DNA of 64,000 nucleotides, taken from an uncultured Desulfobacter sp. Its GTDB lineage: Bacteria > Desulfobacterota > Desulfobacteria > Desulfobacterales > Desulfobacteraceae. This document shows, in pieces, positions 39,137-48,055 of the stretch. Below the pieces are notes generated by a model that was given only the letters and a program-made list of their open reading frames with translations, ran no database searches and had not been told where the DNA came from. Made by a program: the position numbers and the translations under genes. The DNA is taken from contig OY762069.1 in the NCBI GenBank assembly GCA_963665095.1, forward strand, positions 5,344,001-5,408,000, read 5' to 3'. Position 1 is the stretch's first letter. Each line of letters opens with the position of its first letter.

Positions 39137-39217
39137 AAGGGGATCATGGTTGGCTTGACCGGGATGCCCTGGTATTCTCTTTTTTTGTTGTAAATTAAAA
39201 CCTTGGAAGCGAAGATT

Positions 39218-42019
39218 ATGAAAAAAGATGCAAAAAAAATTAAAATTTCAGCCTGCATGATGGTTAAAAATGAAGAGGAAATGCTCCCAAGATGTTTGAA
39301 CAGCATCAAGCATTTAATTGATGAACTGATTATAGTTGATACCGGATCGACCGATAAAACTGTTGAGATCGCCCAGTCGTTTGGTGCAAAGATTTATCAT
39401 CATCCCTGGGAAGACAATTTCAGCAAACACCGAAATCAGTCTTTGTCTTATGCCACAGGCGACTGGATTATTCAGATTGATGCCGATGAGGAACTCAACG
39501 GCTATCATCTGAAAAAAGAAAGTTTGAAAAAGGTTTTTGCAAATGCTCCGGATGAACAGCATTGTTTTCTGATCAAGCTGCTAGATAAAAATAAAAAAGG
39601 AGAAGTCACCACAACCACTGAAATGATCCGGATTTTTAAAAACCATGTCGGGGTCCATTTTGAGGGGATTGTGCATAACCGTCCCGTATATTCTGGAAAA
39701 GTCGGGCATATTGATATTGAGTTTTTTCATTATGGATATGCTTTATCCGAAGAGCAGATGCAGGCAAAATACAAACGAACCAGCGGGCTGCTTTTTAAGC
39801 GGATTAATGAAAATCCGGAAGATCATGATGCTTACTTTTATCTATACCAGGTTCATTCAGAAATGGGTGAGAAAGAAAAGGCCGTTCAATATGCCATGCG
39901 CTGCCTTGAGCTGGTTGAGAAAAAAGGCATTAATCCCACAGAGGCCTCATTTTACAACTCTTTATACTATGGCATTTCCAGCGTATACCTAAAATCAGGC
40001 AAGTATGATGAGGCTCTTCTTGCCATCCGTAAAGGCCTTGACGTATTACCCGAAGAAGTTGACCTGTATTATAATATGGCTGCTCTTGGATATTTCAGTG
40101 GTCAGCCCAATCTCTCCATAGAGGGCGGAAAAGATTATTTTCAGATCGTTGATAAATTCCGGTCTGATCCCTCCAGGTCTGGAACGAGGTTTATTTTTAC
40201 CACTTCTAAAAATGCCGAAATCACAGTGTGTTTCTGGTTAATGACAGGCTTAATTGCAGAAGGCCTGTTTGCCGAATTCTCAGACCTGTGGGAAAAATAT
40301 AAAGAGGATATGCTTGAAAAACCCGGATTCCAAAAAGAGCTGTTCAAACTGTTTGAAAAAAAAGAGGCCTTTGAATGCCTTGAGTCTGTCGCTGTCTTTC
40401 TATTAAATAACCTTGAAAAAATTCATGCTGCAAATCATCAAATGATCTATTCTTTTCTTGTATTTTATTTAAGAGAAAGAAAAGCGTATCAAAAAGAGAG
40501 TAATCGTGAGCTTGATGCGTTATTTAAAAATGTGGCTGGAAGTTATTTGAACGCCCTTGCAAGTTATAACGATATGCCGACTGCGGATGCTGTTGTTATT
40601 GCCGAATATCTTTTAGAAAACAGCATGGGACAGTTTTTTTTAGATCTTACCCTGGTGCTTTTTGAGCGGGAGGTTGCAGGACAGATAAAGGTAATTGATA
40701 CAGATGAAACGATCATTGATGGCTATACCCTGATTGCCAAAAAACAAGAACAGGATCGTAAAGGAAAGCTAATTTCTTTGTTATGCCTAAGAATCTGTGA
40801 AAGACTATCTGAAAGCAAGCAGAGTAGAACGGTTGAAGATGGCATCTCCAAAAGGGAGAGCATTTCATCCTGTAGCGATCAAAATGTCTCCCCTATAAAG
40901 TGTGACTTGAGTGAGGATGATCTGGCTACACCACATGTTCTGAAAAAGAACAGGATTCCGCTGGTGTGTGTTGGGCTTCCGGTGTTTAACGGGGGACTAT
41001 CCTTGATAAACGCAATAGAATCAATCCTTAATCAGGACTTTGAGGATTTTGAACTTATTATTTCTGATAATTGCTCCACAGATGAAACTGAAGAAACCTG
41101 CCGCAGATATGCTAACAAAGATAATAGAATCTACTATACTCGATTGGACAAAAATTATGGAAAGGTGGTGAATTGGCGCAACGTTTTTGGTTTGGCTAGG
41201 GGCGAATATTTTGTGTTTGCCCAGCATGAGAATACATTTTATCCTCAATTTATTCGTAGTTGCCTGGATGAATTGATACATGAGAATTCAATCGAAATCG
41301 TTTTCCCGCAGATAAATTTGTTTGACGATCGAACAAAACACATACCTTACTCAGACCCGCTTAATGTGATTCAGGATGATCCATTAGAACGATATCTTCA
41401 TGTCTTAGAGAAAATGGACTTAAACACCCCCCTGCTCGGGATGATGCGGCAATCGGTCTTGCGAAAAAATAGAACCTTTTTCGGTTCGTTAACAACACAG
41501 TTGGTTTTTGGGGATCTGCCGACAGTATCTGAAATTGCACTAAGGGGAAAGGTCAAACAGATTAATAAAATACTGCTGAACAGGAAAAAATCTGCCAATG
41601 AGATTGATAATCTGCAACAGCGGATAGTCAAATTGATAAACACAATTGGCCCCTGTATCATAAATGAGGGGATCAGTCTGCCTTATAGTGGGATTATCCG
41701 GAAACAAATGGAAGTTATAAAATATGCTGACATCTCTTTTTCGCAAAAAGATTTTTTGATTAAAGAGAGCATAAAATGCCTTAAAAATCGGTTCCAGCCA
41801 TTTATGTCAGAAGAGATACGCCGTGCTATTTCCCTGATAAATGCAAACTCCTTTTTTACTACATGGGATGGAAGAACTTTGCCAATCAATGTATTAAACA
41901 GCCTTGAGCATTTTAAACGTGAATATTTAACTACCCTTTGCAGGGATCTTCAAGATGCTCTGTTAATTTTTCCAGAGTGGGAAGAATTAATAAAAGTTGT
42001 TAAAATTATAGCAACTTAA
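39218..42019 (+). CDS. GT2-TPR-GT2 fusion glycosyltransferase
   Basis: ISACMMVKNEE...VDTGSTD...RNQSL..ATGDWII.IDADE, HYGY, then TPRs; second GT2 from PLVCVGLPVFNG...IISDNCSTD. Confidence 0.88.
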   Translation: MKKDAKKIKISACMMVKNEEEMLPRCLNSIKHLIDELIIVDTGSTDKTVEIAQSFGAKIYHHPWEDNFSKHRNQSLSYATGDWIIQIDADEELNGYHLKKESLKKVFANAPDEQHCFLIKLLDKNKKGEVTTTTEMIRIFKNHVGVHFEGIVHNRPVYSGKVGHIDIEFFHYGYALSEEQMQAKYKRTSGLLFKRINENPEDHDAYFYLYQVHSEMGEKEKAVQYAMRCLELVEKKGINPTEASFYNSLYYGISSVYLKSGKYDEALLAIRKGLDVLPEEVDLYYNMAALGYFSGQPNLSIEGGKDYFQIVDKFRSDPSRSGTRFIFTTSKNAEITVCFWLMTGLIAEGLFAEFSDLWEKYKEDMLEKPGFQKELFKLFEKKEAFECLESVAVFLLNNLEKIHAANHQMIYSFLVFYLRERKAYQKESNRELDALFKNVAGSYLNALASYNDMPTADAVVIAEYLLENSMGQFFLDLTLVLFEREVAGQIKVIDTDETIIDGYTLIAKKQEQDRKGKLISLLCLRICERLSESKQSRTVEDGISKRESISSCSDQNVSPIKCDLSEDDLATPHVLKKNRIPLVCVGLPVFNGGLSLINAIESILNQDFEDFELIISDNCSTDETEETCRRYANKDNRIYYTRLDKNYGKVVNWRNVFGLARGEYFVFAQHENTFYPQFIRSCLDELIHENSIEIVFPQINLFDDRTKHIPYSDPLNVIQDDPLERYLHVLEKMDLNTPLLGMMRQSVLRKNRTFFGSLTTQLVFGDLPTVSEIALRGKVKQINKILLNRKKSANEIDNLQQRIVKLINTIGPCIINEGISLPYSGIIRKQMEVIKYADISFSQKDFLIKESIKCLKNRFQPFMSEEIRRAISLINANSFFTTWDGRTLPINVLNSLEHFKREYLTTLCRDLQDALLIFPEWEELIKVVKIIAT

Positions 42020-42047
42020 AAATTGAATCAATAACCAATGAAATCAC

Positions 42048-43034
42048 CTATTGTGAAAATTGAGGGGTGAATATACAGGCTGATTTTTGATTCTGCAAAA
42101 AAGGAGAAAGCCCATGCATGGCACCATTAATAATAGTTGAGGGGGAAGGAACCGCGTGCCCCAAATAATATACACCGGAATCAATACATTTTTTGCAAGC
42201 CGGGCTATTTCTGCGAATAGAGTTTAATTCTTGTAAATTAATTTCATGGACCTTGCCTATAATAGTACTGTCTCCACAACAGGTGATAAGATTGCAGTCT
42301 GGATCCAGGCTTAAAAAGGCAAATTGACCGCAAGTTGTGAACGGCGGCCGATTTTTAAACTCGTCACTATCAACAGGAAATAAAATTAGTTCTTTAGAGG
42401 CTCTTAACAGATCTTGATATTCAAGCTCACCTTTTAGGTATTTTTGAGATCTTTCATGATCATTTATCATGGCATATGAAGGCGCTATCCCTAATTTATG
42501 CTGGGCTGCAAAAATAATAGCTGAGCGTAGCTCTTCAATATTATGTTGGTATAGATGGTAGGCAATATATGGTGTCACACTTAAACCGCAGGAACGATAA
42601 TTTTCGGTAAGTGCTACTATATTGCTTTTAATTTTTTCAAAATTAAAGCCATGGATTTTGTCGTAGCTGGCCTGACTAAACCCGCTCATTGAAAAACAAA
42701 GATAATGACAATTGTTGAGCGCATCCTTATCTGAAAAGAGGACTTGTTTTGAAGCGTTTGTACTTATTCCCCAATTGAGTTTCATATTATTTAATATGCG
42801 GATAATATCTGTTAATTTCGGATGCAGTAAGGGTTCTCCCCAATTGAAAAGTCTAATTTGTGATTCATTATTAATAGCCTTCTCCTTTAGAAGGTATGAT
42901 AATGTCTTTTCAAATTCATTGACATCAACAAAGCCTCCTGTCGGTTCATGGTTTTTATTCTTTCTTCCTGTCTGGCACCAATGACATAGGCCGTTACATT
43001 TCCCAGATATTTCAAAGTAAACGGTTCTAAACAT
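42048..43034 (-). CDS. Radical SAM protein with short auxiliary-cluster domain (divergent from the array)
   Basis: CNGLCHWC, LFNWGEPLLHP, ISTN, C-terminal C-x16-CC...CKKC; AAGGA RBS before ATG 43034. Confidence 0.88.
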   Translation of the reverse strand: MFRTVYFEISGKCNGLCHWCQTGRKNKNHEPTGGFVDVNEFEKTLSYLLKEKAINNESQIRLFNWGEPLLHPKLTDIIRILNNMKLNWGISTNASKQVLFSDKDALNNCHYLCFSMSGFSQASYDKIHGFNFEKIKSNIVALTENYRSCGLSVTPYIAYHLYQHNIEELRSAIIFAAQHKLGIAPSYAMINDHERSQKYLKGELEYQDLLRASKELILFPVDSDEFKNRPPFTTCGQFAFLSLDPDCNLITCCGDSTIIGKVHEINLQELNSIRRNSPACKKCIDSGVYYLGHAVPSPSTIINGAMHGLSPFLQNQKSACIFTPQFSQ

Positions 43035-43071
43035 AGTCAGATCCTTTATGGTATAGTTATACTTCACACGT

Positions 43072-43234
43072 TATTTTTAATAATTTTTCTTTTGATAGGG
43101 AATGGATATAATCTACGCATTTGGATTACAGACGCTGAATGCTTCAATTTTAACCATAATGGGTTCGTCAGAGGCAAAATACGGCTATGTTCGTCACACC
43201 GGTTTTTATTTCAGACAGTCTTTTCTGTTCCCAT
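43072..43234 (-). pseudogene. Decayed 5' fragment of a further radical SAM array paralog
   Basis: With one stop and two frameshifts reads MGTEKTV*NKNR...ILPLTNPLWL/IEAFSVCN/KCVDYIHSLSKEKL, matching the N-terminus of 46952..47974. Confidence 0.75.
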
Positions 43235-43244
43235 TCGTCCCCCC

Positions 43245-44375
43245 TTAACCAGCAAAGGCATAAAGCATGGTTGCATTGCCTCCTGCACCATAGACCCTGA
43301 TATAAAAGCGGTAATCCAGATCCCAGCTATGAATAAGAAGGGGTAGCTCCCAGATATCCTTAAGTTCATGGTAAAGGGAAATAACCATATCGGGTTTACT
43401 TTCCTCAATCATTTTTTTTGCCCCTGTCAGGGCCTGGTATTCAGCCCCTTCAACATCCATTTTGATAAACGTCGGCCTGAAATTTCCAAGAACCTGGTCT
43501 AAAGCAACGCATTGAATCATATCATCGCCTGTTTCAGAAATATGGGAATTCAACCCCATGTTGTTGTTGGCCCAGAGCTTGGCTGTATCTGACCAGACCC
43601 CACACGGGTACAAAAATATCTCATCCGCATACTTCCCTGCCTCATCTCCTATACGATCAATCATGGCCTTGAATGTTCCCATATCAGATTCGAATAACGC
43701 GGCCTTCTCGACCTTCCCCTTTATCCGATTGAGGGTCATGAGGGTGTCGCCGTCAAATGCCCCACAATCAATATAGCGTTGATATCCCTTATTTTCATCA
43801 AAATCTGTATCAAAATATTTTGTATTTTCCCCTGGAGTCAGAAACCGATCATACTGCCGTGTCGCATGGGAGGCGATAAATCCTTTATATATTTTATAGC
43901 TGATTTCATCTTCCAATAAATGGCCGCAGGCGATGATGGCATCCTTAATTTGGCTATAATCTGCCGTATCCGTCTGGGAAAAACTATAGAAATCAAACAT
44001 ATCGGTTGCCTTGATGATATTGTTGTAGCCAATTTCGTTAAGGGATTTGATGATTGCCTCATTCCTGGGCTTAAAGGGCTTTACAGTTAAAATGACAGGA
44101 ATGTCATTTCTTTTATTCTCCAGAATAAAACCGGAATTCGGTGTCTTGACAGGGATGCCTTTCATCTCTCCAATCTCGTTTGCACGTATATCAAAAAAGG
44201 CCACTACATCCGCCTGGTATGCCTGCAAAGCAGTCAAAACCTTTAATCCGTCTATCCCTGCGCCATATAATACGACCTTTTTACCCCTTATTTCTTCCGG
44301 ACTGCGGGTATTTCTGATGCTTTTTATATTCTCGGTGATGGCTTCCAATTCCTTAGAAATATTTTTTTTCCACAT
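43245..44375 (-). CDS. FkbM family methyltransferase
   Basis: LYGAG N-terminal domain, YIDCGAFDGDT, FIKMDVEGAE..AL.GA, ISLYH...DIWELP. Confidence 0.92.
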   Translation of the reverse strand: MWKKNISKELEAITENIKSIRNTRSPEEIRGKKVVLYGAGIDGLKVLTALQAYQADVVAFFDIRANEIGEMKGIPVKTPNSGFILENKRNDIPVILTVKPFKPRNEAIIKSLNEIGYNNIIKATDMFDFYSFSQTDTADYSQIKDAIIACGHLLEDEISYKIYKGFIASHATRQYDRFLTPGENTKYFDTDFDENKGYQRYIDCGAFDGDTLMTLNRIKGKVEKAALFESDMGTFKAMIDRIGDEAGKYADEIFLYPCGVWSDTAKLWANNNMGLNSHISETGDDMIQCVALDQVLGNFRPTFIKMDVEGAEYQALTGAKKMIEESKPDMVISLYHELKDIWELPLLIHSWDLDYRFYIRVYGAGGNATMLYAFAG

Positions 44376-44420
44376 GGCCTTGCCTCACTTGTTCAATGTT
44401 AAAAAAAATCACAGATCTCA

Positions 44421-45755
44421 TCATGAGCATGACAGATTTGCCGGGCCTTCGAATATCTTTTGATGCCAGGTTCTCAATGTTTCATCATTAGGGTAATGTT
44501 TATAAAAATGAGGAAGGGATGATTTTGTTTCTCCCCTTAAAATACTTCTGACCTTTCGCAGTTTATTTCCTGGTTCTGTTTTTGCCTGACCTGTGCCAGA
44601 AATGCTGCTCTCAAACAGGGGCCGATCTTTTCCCAGTCCGCTTAAAAACCATTCATATGGTTCCAGACCAAAGATATTTCTAAAGTCATGTCTTCGTTTG
44701 GGAGTTGACATCGCCTGTTCATAAAGTTTGTTTAGTTTTTTCATTGTACTGAGGGGTGAAAATTTATTAAGTGCAGTATCTTTTGCGTTCTGTCCCAGCC
44801 GGGATCTTTCTTTGGGATTGTTGTATAGATACCTGACGGCCTGGCCGTATTCTTTCTTATTTTTTACAATCAAACCCGTTTTCATATCCTGGATTATGTG
44901 CTTTTCACCGCATTGATCCAGAATAATAATAGGCATTCCCGCCCCCATGGCCTCTAAAAGGGCGTTGTCGGTGGAGCCGTAGTGGTCTGGATTCAGCAGG
45001 TATGCGAAAATATCAAAGCGCTCAAACTCGGATTTAATATTGTTTACAAAACCAGTAAATTCAAACTGGTTTTCAATTCCCTTTACTTTTGCCTGGGCAA
45101 TTATATTTACCTTGTTATCTGGGTTTCCGACAAGAATGAATTTAGCATCAGGTATATCTGCCTGTTTACAAAATTCAACAAATTCGGGATGTAGCTTTCT
45201 GAAATCAAGAGTGCCCACGAATCCTATGTTAAACCCTTTGTGGGGTGTTGGATTCACTCCGGTCACATTATTGTACCCACCGGTTCCCACTGCAACGCAC
45301 GCTTTAGATTTGATTCGCTTTTTTTCTTTTTCACTCCAGAAAGGGTTTTCAAAGGAATATGCTGTCGTAAAAATAAAATGTTCGGGCAGGTCAACAAAGG
45401 ACGCCGGGATGACGGGATAGTTACAGCCTGAGATATGGGACCAGACCACCAGACGGACTTGGACGTCAGCAAGATTTAATAGGAAGCCCAGGATCAGGGG
45501 ATGGTGCCACCATTCCAGTTGCACAATATCAGCATCCATTAAAGTCTGGACTATCTTCCGGGTACTCTGAGGCCCGATTACAGTAACTCCATGGTCTGTA
45601 CAATAATTTATGTAAGTTTGATTCAATGGTGGTTCAAGTAATAGGATCTCATGCTGGTAGTCGCTTTGGACTCTGGCAGCACTGACGGATAATGCTGAAA
45701 CCGCTTTGCCTACGCCTGGACCCATATGGGGCATGATATGCAGTATTTTAGCCAT
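44421..45755 (-). CDS. GT4 family glycosyltransferase
   Basis: KILHIMPHMG.GVG, IGFVGTL...K, FTGFV, NALLEAMGAGMP, TGLIV; likely start MAKILH at 45755. Confidence 0.85.
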   Translation of the reverse strand: MAKILHIMPHMGPGVGKAVSALSVSAARVQSDYQHEILLLEPPLNQTYINYCTDHGVTVIGPQSTRKIVQTLMDADIVQLEWWHHPLILGFLLNLADVQVRLVVWSHISGCNYPVIPASFVDLPEHFIFTTAYSFENPFWSEKEKKRIKSKACVAVGTGGYNNVTGVNPTPHKGFNIGFVGTLDFRKLHPEFVEFCKQADIPDAKFILVGNPDNKVNIIAQAKVKGIENQFEFTGFVNNIKSEFERFDIFAYLLNPDHYGSTDNALLEAMGAGMPIIILDQCGEKHIIQDMKTGLIVKNKKEYGQAVRYLYNNPKERSRLGQNAKDTALNKFSPLSTMKKLNKLYEQAMSTPKRRHDFRNIFGLEPYEWFLSGLGKDRPLFESSISGTGQAKTEPGNKLRKVRSILRGETKSSLPHFYKHYPNDETLRTWHQKIFEGPANLSCS

Positions 45756-45816
45756 CAGGAAATCCTTAACTCTGGATGTAAGTATTCGTGGTTCAAAACA
45801 TAGGCCCTTTGCAGGC

Positions 45817-46824
45817 TTATTCTTTTTCAAGCCTTCTGATTAGCTGATCTGCGTCAGCATCAATAATATCTTCAACTCGCCCATTATGCTGGGTGAACTT
45901 ACATCCCTGGCAGACCGGAATCCTACACTCCTTTTTCAAATGGGATAGTTGAAGTTTTTTCAGCTTGTTTCCGTTCCATATGTCAAACAACGTATCCGTC
46001 TTGACATTACCTAACAAAATGGTCTCGCAATAATCAACACAACAGGGCCCTACATTCCCGGTGGCAAACACAGATAGAGAGTAAAAGGGTAATGAGCACA
46101 CCTCCGCCTTCAGACTATGTCGCAGGTAATAATTATCCGAGTGACTAATATTTGAATAATCAACATTCTGATATCTCGGAACAATTTTCTCCACATATGC
46201 CAAGTCAGATATAGGGCTAAACAAACGGTAGAATTGTTCCTCACTCTGGGGGGCGTCAAATGCTACATCAACTGCTTTGAGATATACTTTACAATTCCCC
46301 TTGTTTTCATATAAAAATGCGATCTGTTCGACATACTTTGTAAAATCTAGTTTATATCCTGTTACTTTGTAATAATTTTTACTTGATAAAGCCTCCACTG
46401 AAATAATTATTTCATCCAGACCGGCTTGGATCATTGCCAAGCTTAGGGAATTATTCAGCAAAGACCCATTGGTTATAAGGGAAATTTTATCTGCCCGGCC
46501 CAATCCTTTCAGCATGTGAATCATTTGAGGAAGCCCGGGATGCAGCAACGGTTCGCCAATGCCTCCGAAAGTCAGGCTCTTAAATGAATTTGGAAATTCT
46601 TTGATTTGGCCGGCAAGTTTTTCAAACGTTTCCATCTTCATCAGTTCTGGCCGAAATCCCTTTTCTTTCAAGGTTTTTTTACGGATAGACTGAAAGCAGA
46701 AAATACACCTGAAGTTGCATCCGTTTGACACGTCTATTCCTAATCTGAAAGGAGTTTCTAAAGGGACTACCTGTGACAGGGGGACTCTTTTAATGAGATC
46801 ATTTCGGATTTTTTTGTCAGCCAT
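45817..46824 (-). CDS. Radical SAM / Twitch (SPASM-like) protein, array copy 8
   Basis: VPLETPF, CNFRCIFC, GIGEP, TNG, C-x17-C-x43-CxxC. Confidence 0.93.
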   Translation of the reverse strand: MADKKIRNDLIKRVPLSQVVPLETPFRLGIDVSNGCNFRCIFCFQSIRKKTLKEKGFRPELMKMETFEKLAGQIKEFPNSFKSLTFGGIGEPLLHPGLPQMIHMLKGLGRADKISLITNGSLLNNSLSLAMIQAGLDEIIISVEALSSKNYYKVTGYKLDFTKYVEQIAFLYENKGNCKVYLKAVDVAFDAPQSEEQFYRLFSPISDLAYVEKIVPRYQNVDYSNISHSDNYYLRHSLKAEVCSLPFYSLSVFATGNVGPCCVDYCETILLGNVKTDTLFDIWNGNKLKKLQLSHLKKECRIPVCQGCKFTQHNGRVEDIIDADADQLIRRLEKE

Positions 46825-46951
46825 GGCTCACCTGTTATCCTGCATTCGTTGAAGTATATCTTCTTTTCGACCATCCAAGAGGAAGGTTCCTACAAAAAAC
46901 TGGTTTGTTATTACGTTAAAAATTTTATTATAAAATAAACAAAACATGAGG

Positions 46952-47974
46952 TTAAATATTTTCTTTGCTATAAAATTTCATAAATATTTCTCTGTGATTA
47001 TCTATTTTATCAGATGCAGGGACTGAGTAATTTAATGAATTACAATTTGTGCAGATTTTATGTCTAAAACGGGTGTGTTTTAATTGAAACCGCCTTATGA
47101 TATTCATTCGTTTATTATTCCATATTTTTTCAAGAGAATCGTTTATAATATTTCCAATAAAAAATTCTTTGTATAGTCCTTTACAACAGGCGGAAACATT
47201 ACCGTCAGCATTGACTGTCATCATATAAAAAGGATATGGACAGACATGGACTTTATCAGCTTCGTGCTCGCCGGTGACAATTAGCTTGTTTTCTTTTTCA
47301 ATGATATTATCATAATCGACTTCACCATATGCTTCTATAACATGCTCAATTGAGATTTCATCACAAAAGGAGCCAAAGGTATCGTAATATAAATCTTCTT
47401 TTCCTTTAACAGCAAAATCTAATATTTTGATGAAAATACGGCAGTTCTTTTTTATTGAATAAAGATATCTTAAATTTTCAAGAAAATTTTTATAGTCAAT
47501 ATTTACTCCTGCATTTTTCTGATAATCCTTTGCGCAGAGGCCTTGGACTGTGATTCTGAATACATCAACTCCTGCGTCGATTAAATTTTTACTGGTTTGA
47601 TTGTTGAGCAGTAGGGCGTTTGTAAATATTACAGTTTGCTCGCATATACTCCACTGTTTCGTGTATGCTATCATGTCTGGAAGGTGCTTATTGACCAGTG
47701 GCTCTCCATAACCTGCGAATCTTATAGTTCTTACTTTATTATCGAATAGCTTACAATCATCTACCATTTTGAAAAAAAGTTTTTTGCTCATCACAAGAGG
47801 CTTGAAATTAATATTAGCAAGCTTTTCATCCGGAAGCGAGTGGATGCAATAGATACATTTTATATTACAAGCCCGTGAAGCCTCTATATTTAAAGATAGG
47901 GGGGTAGTTAATGGTAAAACATTACTAAGATCTTTACGTTGATTTTTATCCCATGTAGTTTTTTTGGCTGTCAT
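46952..47974 (-). CDS. Radical SAM / Twitch protein, array copy 7
   Basis: LPLTTPL, CNIKCIYC, GYGEP, C-x17-C-x44-CxxC. Confidence 0.93.
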   Translation of the reverse strand: MTAKKTTWDKNQRKDLSNVLPLTTPLSLNIEASRACNIKCIYCIHSLPDEKLANINFKPLVMSKKLFFKMVDDCKLFDNKVRTIRFAGYGEPLVNKHLPDMIAYTKQWSICEQTVIFTNALLLNNQTSKNLIDAGVDVFRITVQGLCAKDYQKNAGVNIDYKNFLENLRYLYSIKKNCRIFIKILDFAVKGKEDLYYDTFGSFCDEISIEHVIEAYGEVDYDNIIEKENKLIVTGEHEADKVHVCPYPFYMMTVNADGNVSACCKGLYKEFFIGNIINDSLEKIWNNKRMNIIRRFQLKHTRFRHKICTNCNSLNYSVPASDKIDNHREIFMKFYSKENI

Positions 47975-48055
47975 AATTTTTTCTAAGGTTTATTTAGTTA
48001 AAAGATGCTCTAACTTTATCTGGGTATATCTAATATTAGTTAAATCTAAAATATC

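Noticed and set aside
47990..48055. Spacer translating as DILDLTNIRYTQIKLEHLLTK*, like the paralog DILD tail
   Set aside because: A four-residue match in very AT-rich DNA, and the distance to the stop fits poorly; likely chance.
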